Shown piece by piece: positions 29,215 through 37,034 of a stretch of 42,450 bases of DNA. Every line of letters begins with the position of its first letter. Position 1 is the stretch's first letter. The DNA is from Clostridia bacterium (GTDB lineage Bacteria > Bacillota > Clostridia > Oscillospirales > CAG-272). The DNA lies in the NCBI GenBank assembly GCA_017508465.1, contig JAFVYW010000065.1, positions 1 through 42,450 on the forward strand, read 5' to 3'. The notes under the pieces were generated by a model, which did not search any database, was not told where the DNA came from, and saw only the letters and a list, made by a program, of their open reading frames with translations. Position numbers and translations under genes: made by a program.

Positions 29215-30600
29215 TCATCCGCGGATTTTTTTAATCAGCTCGCTGAGCTCTACTTCAAAGTTTTTCACCGTCTTGATATTGATTTTTACCTTTTCTTCAC
29301 TCGACATGATAGTGGAGTGATTGCGGTTGCCGAAAATCTGACCAAGCTGTGTGTATTGCATCTGTGTCATAGTACGGATGAGATAAATCGCGATATGACG
29401 CGCGTTGGCAATATGTGCGGATTTATTTTTGGATTTCAGGTCATCGGCACTGACACCATATCTCTCACACACTGCCGTGATGATACGGTCGACCATGACA
29501 GAGGTAGGAATATTGCCGGGGTCAATGGCGGTGATAATCTCTTCAATTCTCTCTTCGGTTATCGTCTTATGCTCAATTTCCACCATCGCGCGTAGACGCT
29601 TCATCACGCCTTCAATCTGACGGATATTGTTTTGGAGGCGTTCCGCCATGTAATTGACATGTGCGTCCGAGATATTGAGGTTCATCATATCCGCTTTTTT
29701 ACGGATAATTGCGGTACGAAGTTCAAAGGAAGGGGGTTGAACATCGGCGAGAAGTCCGCCTTCAAAACGGGTGAGAAGTCTGTCCTCGAGAGGCTTGATT
29801 TCATTGGGTGGGCGGTCCGAGGTCAGAATGATCTGCTTTTCGGACTCGTAAAGAGCGGTGAAGGTGTGGAAGAATTCTTCCTGGGTGGATACCTTTCCTG
29901 CGATAAACTGAATATCGTCAATCAGGAGAACATCGGCAGCGCGGTATTTATCCTTAAACTGTGTCGTTGTACCGTTCTGAATCGCTAAAATCAATTCATT
30001 GATAAATTCTTCACTCTTTTTATAAACAATCTTAAGATGCGGGTGATTTTCTTTTATGTAGTTGATGACCGCGTAAAGAAGATGTGTTTTGCCAAGTCCC
30101 GACTGACCGTAGATAAACAGAGGATTATAGGTTGTGGGCTCCTTCGCCACTGCCATACAAGCCGCACGGGCAAACTTGTTGGATGCGCCTTCAATAAAGT
30201 TTTCAAAGGTGTAACCTGCCAGGAGAGAATTTCCCATATCATTGATGCTCTCATTGATAATGCGTTCTTTTTTTTCGGTCTCCACGGTGCTTTCCGCACT
30301 GGGAATATCCGTCACGCGTGAGGCATCCTCGGTAAAGTATTTCGCTTCCTCGGAGAGTTCAAAAATGGCATTGACAGGAAAGCCGATCACTTCCTCAAGG
30401 GACTGTTCAATAACCTTTTTATATTTGGTACTCAAAATGTTCTTTTTGAGTTTTGTCGCGGTGATGAAAAGGGCTTTTTCCTCGGTAAGCTCTACTAAAT
30501 TCAGGTCGGAAAACCAAAGGTTAATGACCGATTCGGTATACTTTAGCTTTTCCTTCAGGAGAGGGAGCAAAGCCGTTACAATTGATTGTAATTCGTCCAT
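29215..30600 (-). CDS. dnaA: Chromosomal replication initiator protein DnaA
   Basis: Trimmed to MDELQSIV (GAAAGGAAA upstream). IYGQSGLGKTHLL (Walker A), LLIDDIQF, and C-terminal DNA-binding domain ARHIAIYLIRTMT...IGQIFGNRNHSTIM. Confidence 0.95.
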   Translation of the reverse strand: MDELQSIVTALLPLLKEKLKYTESVINLWFSDLNLVELTEEKALFITATKLKKNILSTKYKKVIEQSLEEVIGFPVNAIFELSEEAKYFTEDASRVTDIPSAESTVETEKKERIINESINDMGNSLLAGYTFENFIEGASNKFARAACMAVAKEPTTYNPLFIYGQSGLGKTHLLYAVINYIKENHPHLKIVYKKSEEFINELILAIQNGTTTQFKDKYRAADVLLIDDIQFIAGKVSTQEEFFHTFTALYESEKQIILTSDRPPNEIKPLEDRLLTRFEGGLLADVQPPSFELRTAIIRKKADMMNLNISDAHVNYMAERLQNNIRQIEGVMKRLRAMVEIEHKTITEERIEEIITAIDPGNIPTSVMVDRIITAVCERYGVSADDLKSKNKSAHIANARHIAIYLIRTMTQMQYTQLGQIFGNRNHSTIMSSEEKVKINIKTVKNFEVELSELIKKIRG

Positions 30601-30718
30601 AGCGTTTCCTTTCGTCAGGATGGCGCTTTCCTTTTTATAAAAAAAAGGAAGCATTCAAAAAAAACAATAAAAACAGGCAAAAGGGTATACTTCTACCTTT
30701 TTTAGTAGCTGCATACCC

Positions 30719-30747
30719 TATTATAACATATTTTTTTCAAAAGTGCA
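30719..30747 (-). promoter_or_regulatory. Sigma-A-type promoter for dnaA
   Basis: Minus strand: TTGCAC, 17 nt, TATAAT, with TGt extension. Confidence 0.5.
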
Positions 30748-30781
30748 ATAGATTTTATATATTTTATGCGCGTGAGAAAAA

Positions 30782-31153
30782 TTATTTTTTCATAATTTTC
30801 GGGTGAGAACGGAAAAACAGAGAGGAAAGAAAACCAAAGAAAAGAGCCGCACCAATGCCAGCACTTGCCGCCGTCAGAGGACCTTTCAGGATGCCAATCA
30901 AACCATAAGTGTCGACAGCCTCACGCACACCGCCCGCAATCACGCCGCCAAAGCCGAGCAGGGGGACGCTGACGCCCGTCGAGGCAAAGGAAAGAAGAGG
31001 CTCATAAACACCGACTGCTCCGAGAAAAATGCCTGCGGTCACAAGTCCGACTAAAATACGCGCGGGGGTGAGCTTGGTGAGTGCTAAAAGCACTTCACAA
31101 ATGGCGCAGATCACGCCGCCAACCAAAAAAGAAATCAGACTATTTATAAACAT
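30782..31153 (-). CDS. spoVAE: Stage V sporulation protein AE (SpoVAEB-type)
   Basis: 123 aa, polytopic; FLVGGVICAICEVL...VPLLGFGG...GPLTAASAGIGAALF. Confidence 0.8.
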   Translation of the reverse strand: MFINSLISFLVGGVICAICEVLLALTKLTPARILVGLVTAGIFLGAVGVYEPLLSFASTGVSVPLLGFGGVIAGGVREAVDTYGLIGILKGPLTAASAGIGAALFFGFLSSLFFRSHPKIMKK

Positions 31154-31165
31154 ATCATACCTGTT

Positions 31166-32197
31166 TTATATTTGTTTTTCGCTTTCTAAAAGAACCATAG
31201 GAGCGATGCCAAAAATGGAGATGCCCTGCTGTACGCTCGACGGACTCATCAGAGCGCCTGTCGATAAGAAAAGAACTCTCTTCCATTGTCCACATAACAT
31301 ACGGGGCAGGACCATCGCCGAGAGCAGGGACGCGGAGCAACCGCAACCCGATGCGCCGGCATGCGCGTCCTGCTTTGCTTCATCGTAGAGACAAATCCCA
31401 CAATCGTGGTGTATATCGATAATGTCAAGGTTATCTTCCTTTAGAAGATCAAGAAGAAGCGCAGAACCGATTTTTCCGAGATCCCCTGTCACGATGGCAT
31501 CGATATCACGGATGTCAAACTGTGTGTTCTGAAAAAAGTGGCGGATGCTGTCGCGCGCGGCTGGCGCCATCGCGGCGCCCATATTGGAAGCATCAGCAAT
31601 AGCGCCGTCAATGACCTTGCCTGCTCTGCCATAAACGATGCGGACACGATAAGGAGCATCGGGCGAAGGCAACATATCACTCGTCTTTTGTGTGAGAAGA
31701 AAAGCACCACCTGCGGTCGCCGTCCATTGTGCCGTCGGACTTCTTTCCGCACCATATTCGAGCGGTGTGCGGAACTGACGCTCGGCGGCGCTGTTGTGCG
31801 AGGTTGTCACCACACCGACATAATGAGGTGCATTGTTTTCTATACTCTGTAAATAAAGTGACGCGACGAGAAGACCTTCCGTACAGGTGGAGCATGCGCC
31901 ATAGAGGGGGAGATAGGGAATGCCAAAGGTATAAAGTCCATAGGATGAGGCAACACATTGGTTCTGTAAATCTCCCGAAATGAGAAGGTCAATATCTGTC
32001 GGAGACATAGAGGTTTTATTCAAAAGAAAATTAAAGGCAATACGGGAGAGCTCGCCCTCCGCCTTTTCAAAGGTATTCTCCCCAAAGGTATCCTTTTCAT
32101 GAAAAAAGTCAAAATGAGAGGAAAAGGGAGATGACATCTCTTCATGTCCTCCGACAGCGGAGGAGGAAACAATATACACGGGATGCAAAAGAAACAT
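31166..32197 (-). CDS. spoVAD: Stage V sporulation protein AD (thiolase-like)
   Basis: 343 aa; GDLQNQCVASSY, YGACSTCTEGL, TTSHNSAAERQFRTPLEYG, MGAAMAPAA and AGASGCGCSA align with B. subtilis SpoVAD landmarks. Confidence 0.85.
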   Translation of the reverse strand: MFLLHPVYIVSSSAVGGHEEMSSPFSSHFDFFHEKDTFGENTFEKAEGELSRIAFNFLLNKTSMSPTDIDLLISGDLQNQCVASSYGLYTFGIPYLPLYGACSTCTEGLLVASLYLQSIENNAPHYVGVVTTSHNSAAERQFRTPLEYGAERSPTAQWTATAGGAFLLTQKTSDMLPSPDAPYRVRIVYGRAGKVIDGAIADASNMGAAMAPAARDSIRHFFQNTQFDIRDIDAIVTGDLGKIGSALLLDLLKEDNLDIIDIHHDCGICLYDEAKQDAHAGASGCGCSASLLSAMVLPRMLCGQWKRVLFLSTGALMSPSSVQQGISIFGIAPMVLLESEKQI

Positions 32198-32413
32198 AAA
32201 GTTCTCCTTTTTCTTTTTATTATGGAAAAAAGACGATAAATTATGCGAATAAAACGAAAAGAGGAGTACAACAATAAAGGTATAATAAAAAGTGCCACAT
32301 TTTTTATGGCAGAAATTGTAAAAGAGTAAACTTTTGTTAGAAAAAGCGCAAACAAAAGTGGATATTATGTCAAAACAATATCTGAAAACAGATACAAAAG
32401 GAGCAAAAAATAA

Positions 32414-32854
32414 ATGTATAGTCCAAAAAAATATCGTGAAAAAATCAAAGAAAAATCGACAAAAACGAGACTTTGGCGTAATGTTTTGTGTGCATTTATG
32501 GTAGGTGGTTTTATCTGTTTTCTCTCCTTTTATCTGAAGGTTTTTTATATGCAGTTTGTTGAGGAAAAGGATGCCTATCTTCTTGTTACGGTCACTCTGA
32601 TTTTCCTTGGTGCCCTGCTTTCTTCTCTTGGCTTATATGACCGTATTGCACATATTGCAGGTGCCGGTACCCTTGTCCCTGTAACGGGCTTTGCCAACTC
32701 CATTGCCTCTGTCGCGCTCGACAGCAGAAGCGAAGGATATGTCCTTGGTGTCGGCTCAAAAATCTTTACCGTAGCCGGCCCTGTTATTTTGTATAGTACC
32801 GTCTTTGGTATTCTTTATGGCATTATATATTACTGTATTTACTTCTTCCTATAA
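32414..32854 (+). CDS. spoVAC: Stage V sporulation protein AC
   Basis: 146 aa; AFMVGGFICFLSF...GAGTLVPVTGFANSIASVALDSRSEGYVLGVGSKIF. AAGGAG RBS. Divergent from spoVAD. Confidence 0.85.
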   Translation: MYSPKKYREKIKEKSTKTRLWRNVLCAFMVGGFICFLSFYLKVFYMQFVEEKDAYLLVTVTLIFLGALLSSLGLYDRIAHIAGAGTLVPVTGFANSIASVALDSRSEGYVLGVGSKIFTVAGPVILYSTVFGILYGIIYYCIYFFL

Positions 32855-32866
32855 AATTTTTAAATT

Positions 32867-33100
32867 CCCCCTCTATAAATTTTTTTGGATTTACCTTTTT
32901 TCAAAAAAACATCAGACAGAGGATATGTAGCCCATCTATAAAGTTTTTGGTTTTACCTTTTTTAAAAAGTAAGGTTGCAAAATCAATAACCCCTCTATAA
33001 AGTTTTTTGGATTTACCTTTTTTCAAAGAAACATCAGACAGAGGATATGTAACCCATCTATAAAGTTTTTTGGTTTTACCTTTTTTTCAAAAAAGGTAAA
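32867..33100 (+). repeat. Tandem repeat: 2 x ~122 bp, each made of two ~60-bp subrepeats
   Basis: Core TCTATAAA(T/G)TTTTTTGG(A/T)TTTACCTTTTTT at 32872, 32935, 32994 and 33057. Inter-core segments 1 and 3 are near-identical (CATCAGACAGAGGATATGTA). Confidence 0.85.
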
Positions 33101-33115
33101 AAAAAGCAAGCGTAC

Positions 33116-33146
33116 TAAAAAAAGACCGCAGATGCGGTCTTTTTTA
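33116..33146. terminator. Bidirectional terminator between spoVAC and parB
   Basis: AGACCGC agat GCGGTCT flanked by an A-run and a T-run. Confidence 0.8.
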
Positions 33147-33150
33147 TGGA

Positions 33151-34047
33151 TTATAATTCCTCAAGAAATTCATCACCACAGACCTGGCGAAGAAGGTCAT
33201 CGAGGTCCTCGTTGTCCTCATAAAAGAGGGTGATGGATTTTTTTCTGCCCTTACCTTGAATTTTTACCACACGGCCGAGGTGGGATTGCAAGCGAAGCTC
33301 CATCTCGCGGATATAGTCAATCAGGGGCATTTTGCTCTCTGTTTCTTCTTCCATCTCTTCGATGTGTTCTCTCTTGTTTTCCTTTTTTACCTCTTCTTCG
33401 AGACGACGAACAGAGAGGTCGAGTTCAATGCACATCTGTGCCATAGGAAGAATGGCAGATTCATCATTGAGACCGAGCAGGGTACGCGCGTGACCTGCGG
33501 AAAGGTCACCGTTTTTCACGAGAGCAAGCACCTCTTCGGGCAAATCGAGCAGGCGGATGGCGTTGGCAATTGCACTACGGCTCTTGCCGACTTCGCGCGC
33601 GAGTTCTTCCTGTGTCATATTGAATTCTTCTGCAAGAGAGCAGTATGCCATCGCCTCTTCAATGGGGTTAAGATCTTCGCGCTGGAGGTTTTCCACAAGA
33701 GCAATACGCGCGGTTTCTTCATCATCTTTATCCAGGACAATGGCAGGAATTTCCGTCAGACCTGCGAGTTTTGACGCGCGGAAGCGACGCTCGCCTGCAA
33801 TAATCTGATATCTGCCCATCGCATATTCGCGTACGAGAATGGGCTGAAAGAGACCGTGTGCCTGAATGGATTCGGAAAGACTTTGTAAGGACTCTTCATG
33901 AAAGGTACGACGGGGCTGGTCAGAACGGGGATCAATGAGGGAAAGTTTAATCTCCTTCACACCGCCCTCTTCCCCTTTGGTGTGTGCATTATCTAAAAAA
34001 ATCGCATCGAGCCCACGGCCGAGCCCGGCAGTTTTCTTTCTTGGCAT
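33151..34047 (-). CDS. parB: Chromosome partitioning protein ParB/Spo0J
   Basis: 298 aa; GLGRGLDAIF, IIAGERRFRASKLAG, VENLQREDLNPIEEA, and HTH TQEELAREVGKSRSAIANAIRLL. Confidence 0.9.
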   Translation of the reverse strand: MPRKKTAGLGRGLDAIFLDNAHTKGEEGGVKEIKLSLIDPRSDQPRRTFHEESLQSLSESIQAHGLFQPILVREYAMGRYQIIAGERRFRASKLAGLTEIPAIVLDKDDEETARIALVENLQREDLNPIEEAMAYCSLAEEFNMTQEELAREVGKSRSAIANAIRLLDLPEEVLALVKNGDLSAGHARTLLGLNDESAILPMAQMCIELDLSVRRLEEEVKKENKREHIEEMEEETESKMPLIDYIREMELRLQSHLGRVVKIQGKGRKKSITLFYEDNEDLDDLLRQVCGDEFLEEL

Positions 34048-34096
34048 AATAAAACTCCTTGATTTCGTTTTTTTATAGATTTTGAAAACACTATTT

Positions 34097-34219
34097 TGTG
34101 GATAAAATTGTGGAATGTGGAAAACTCTCTTTTATACTGGGATTTTTCGGCTTGCAAGAGGGTTTTTTAAACGCTTGCTCTGGAGTTTTCCACATTTTCA
34201 ACATTTTTAATGTGGAAAA
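34097..34219. promoter_or_regulatory. Cluster of five DnaA boxes in the parA-parB spacer
   Basis: TGTGGATAA 34097 (perfect consensus), TGTGGAATG 34109, TGTGGAAAA 34116, TTTTCCACA 34186, TGTGGAAAA 34211. Confidence 0.7.
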
Positions 34220-34334
34220 CTTTTTTCCTTTTTTTTACAATTCACGGAATGTTATATTTTTTCGTACAGGCTTGTCCTGCATTTGTGTCGGATTATGACA
34301 GCTTATGTCGAAAAAAGAGCAGAAGATTGTCCTT

Positions 34335-35096
34335 TTAAATGCGCATCATCAGTTCTTTTGCGACCTGTGCGTATTCAAGAGCACCTTTACAATAGGGATC
34401 GTGATAGCAGATTGGTTGACCGTAGCCAGGAGCTTCGGACAGACGAACGGTGCGCGAGATGGGTACTTTAAAGAGTTTTTCCTGATAATACTTACGGATT
34501 TCTGCGACAACCTGACCTGTCAGTGTAAGCCTGCCATTATACATGGTGAGCAGAATACCAACAACCTGAAGGCCTGGATTATAAAGTTCACGGATTTTTT
34601 TCACGGTATTGAAGAGCTGTGACATACCCTCGAGCGAATAAAACTCACATTGCATCGGGATAACAACGCCGTCGGAAACAGAGAGCGCTTTTACGGTCAG
34701 CATACCGAGTGAGGGGGGACAGTCAATAAATATGTAGTCAAAACGATCGCGTACGCTGTCGAGTGCGAGCTTTGTAAAGTTCTGGTCCTCTTCAAGCTCA
34801 TAAAGTTCAAGCTCTGCGCCAGCAAGATCAATATTAGCAGGCACAACAGAGAGATTGGAAAAAGCAGTTTTGATAATGCAATCACTGATGTCAGCATTAC
34901 CGATAACAACATCGTAAATCGTGCGTTTGATTTTGGATTTAGAAATGCCGAGACCGCTTGTCGCGTTACCCTGCGGATCCATATCCACAAGCAAAACCTT
35001 TTTGCCCTTTTTTGCAATCTGCGCCGCAATATTGACACAAGAGGTTGTCTTACCAACGCCACCCTTCTGGTTGGAAAATGAGATAATTTTAGCCAT
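34335..35096 (-). CDS. parA: Chromosome partitioning ATPase ParA/Soj
   Basis: 253 aa; deviant Walker A NQKGGVGKTTS, DMDPQGN and IFIDCPPSLG. Confidence 0.92.
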   Translation of the reverse strand: MAKIISFSNQKGGVGKTTSCVNIAAQIAKKGKKVLLVDMDPQGNATSGLGISKSKIKRTIYDVVIGNADISDCIIKTAFSNLSVVPANIDLAGAELELYELEEDQNFTKLALDSVRDRFDYIFIDCPPSLGMLTVKALSVSDGVVIPMQCEFYSLEGMSQLFNTVKKIRELYNPGLQVVGILLTMYNGRLTLTGQVVAEIRKYYQEKLFKVPISRTVRLSEAPGYGQPICYHDPYCKGALEYAQVAKELMMRI

Positions 35097-35201
35097 AATA
35101 CCCTCAAATCTGAAATACTTTTCTTCCTTATTATATTATATAGAAGAAAGTGGGACGAAAAAAGAAAACAAAAACAAAGGAAGCAAAGGAAAGAAACAAT
35201 A

Positions 35202-35224
35202 AAAATGGAAAAAATTTCCATTTT
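35202..35224. promoter_or_regulatory. Perfect 10-bp-arm palindrome at the likely parA transcription start
   Basis: AAAATGGAAA aaa TTTCCATTTT. A minus-strand extended -10 (TGTTATAAT) lies at 35227-35235. Confidence 0.4.
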
Positions 35225-35538
35225 GTATTATAACATGCATCCTTATGTACTGAATTCCAGTGTTTTAAAATAAATAATATCGACAAATATCACCATAATA
35301 CGACCAAAATGAGGTTGAAAAGTACTATAAAACGATATTTGCATGGTGTTTCAGTTTGTTATATTCATTTTGATGGATTATCATAGGTCTGAATTTTTTA
35401 TAACAAACAAGCCGAAGAACAGCCTTCAAAATAAAAGAACAAATGTATTTTTTCACACCTATATTATATCAAAAAAGGTATACCCTTGTCAAGACAAAAG
35501 CAAAAACTGATTAAAAATAATTATTTAGAAGGAACCAA

Positions 35539-35554
35539 TGTTTCACATGAAACA
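35539..35554. other. parS site (variant)
   Basis: TGTTTCACATGAAACA; 15/16 match to the Firmicutes parS consensus TGTTTCACGTGAAACA. Confidence 0.8.
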
Positions 35555-35736
35555 ATCAAATGAACAAAAACAGTGTTAGAGGCATAAACAATACAAAATC
35601 ACAGAATATACACGATAAAAGTAAACATTTATACTCTGTTCCGTAAGCTGCATTGATATGATTTAGAAGCAAATACGGCTTCCAGTTGAAAGACAAAATA
35701 CATAAAAAAGTATATTTTACTTAAATTTTTACAAAA

Positions 35737-35752
35737 TGTTTCATGTGAAACA
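35737..35752. other. parS site (variant, opposite orientation)
   Basis: TGTTTCATGTGAAACA; reverse complement of the 35539 site. Confidence 0.8.
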
Positions 35753-35896
35753 CTATAATACGCACTTATTTTATACAATATACCACAATTCGAGCGTTCA
35801 GATAGATAATTAACCCCCTTTTAGCATGAACAGAACAGAAGTAGCAACAGAACAACAAACATTCTTCCCTATATAAAAATAGTCTGGTTGATAAAA

Positions 35897-35912
35897 TGTT
35901 TCATGTGAAACA
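35897..35912. other. parS site (variant)
   Basis: TGTTTCATGTGAAACA; identical to the 35737 site, including the AAAA 5' flank. Confidence 0.8.
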
Positions 35913-36976
35913 ATTAAAAAATGCTCTAAAATATGCAATCAACAGATATAAAGGCAAAAATATATATCAGAGGTATGGTATTTGAAAGGATTGAACTTCG
36001 AGATGAATTAACTCACAATGAATGTTTTACCAAAAAATCATGTAGCAAAATCAAAAAAAGTCATATATTCTACATCAAAACACATAGTTTTCATAGAAAA
36101 ACACGGTAAAATCTGCGAATTTAATAAATAAATCGCTGAAAAAAGGGCACATTGAAAGGAATATCAATCAGATTTAGAAGAAGAAGGTACACCCTGGCAA
36201 AACACTATTGTTAATTTGTTTACCGATCATGCTCCGAGCAGGATATTCTAAAATACTGAAAAATACATCGAAATCGAAAGAAATTATGATAAATTACCAA
36301 AATAATTACAAAAAATGGTAAAATATGGCAATTATAATAGATAACTGTGCTCTCTCGGGTGATTTATGCACCTCTCTTGCTATTTTTGAATACTTTTGGC
36401 GTAAACATTACGAAATTCATCTTTTGATTTAAAATTATATGGCTTACTATCCCATTTCTATTATGATTTTACTTATATAATTCGTAAATCGTACGAAATA
36501 ATGATTTTATTTTACTACAACGAAAATAGTTTTGTATTTACAATCCAATCATTAATTATGCCCACATCATCTTGAGCATCGTGTGGAATAATCCCATATT
36601 TTTTGTTGTTTTTCTTGAAATATTTATAGTTATTCCTGCAAAATAAACACAATATACTGATAAAATGTTTTATTATCCCTATTTTCTATCTTTTCTTGTT
36701 TTTGTTTCATTTTTCATTTGTCTGATATTCATAATGTAAAGTGATTGAAAAATACAACAATGTCTATTATTATAAACATATGATTTTTACATATGCATTT
36801 TGGATGCATGCTGTTTTTTTCAGTGCTTTCTTACCTCTGATGGCTTTCTTTTTATCTTCGTTTTTTGCCTTTCTGTTACTCAAGAATTTATTTCTTTGTG
36901 TATGTTTTGCTTGTGTAAACAAAATCAAAGAAATTTTTAATTTTTCAGGGTATGTTATTATAAAATGTTTTTTTCC

Positions 36977-37005
36977 TTGACTTTTCTCATGAAATGTTTT
37001 ATTAT
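36977..37005 (+). promoter_or_regulatory. Sigma-A-type promoter for the FAD oxidoreductase gene
   Basis: TTGACT, 17 nt, TATTAT. Confidence 0.45.
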
Positions 37006-37034
37006 GGAGGTATAAAAACATTTTGGAGGTTTTT

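Noticed and set aside
32867-33100. Possible CRISPR array (four ~30-nt repeats at ~60-bp spacing).
   Set aside because: The inter-repeat segments are not unique: segments 1 and 3 are near-identical. The repeats are AT-rich and imperfect, and no cas genes are present. This is a tandem duplication, not a spacer array.
33500-33530. parS-like sequence inside parB (cgtttttcacgagagca), since B. subtilis spo0J contains a parS.
   Set aside because: It has at least four mismatches to the 16-bp consensus and is not palindromic.
34098-34622. Plus-strand ORFs 34098-34298 and 34305-34622 in and next to the parA-parB spacer.
   Set aside because: The first is generated by the DnaA-box repeats themselves (GTGGAAAA reads as Val-Glu-Asn). 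The second is antisense to parA. Neither has an RBS.
36330-36700. Possible decayed pseudogene on the minus strand. One frame reads ...KKYGIIPHDAQDDVGIINDWIVNTKLFSL**...KWDSKPYNFKSKDEFRNVYAKSIQK*.
   Set aside because: There are six in-frame stops in ~120 codons, which is about what random ~30% G+C sequence would give. No family motif was recognised, so the call cannot be supported without a database search.
36741-36980. 79-aa ORF in the AT-rich desert.
   Set aside because: The translation is Phe/Leu/Cys-rich from T-tracts, with a GTG start and no RBS. Its 3' end abuts the -35 box of the FAD-oxidoreductase promoter.
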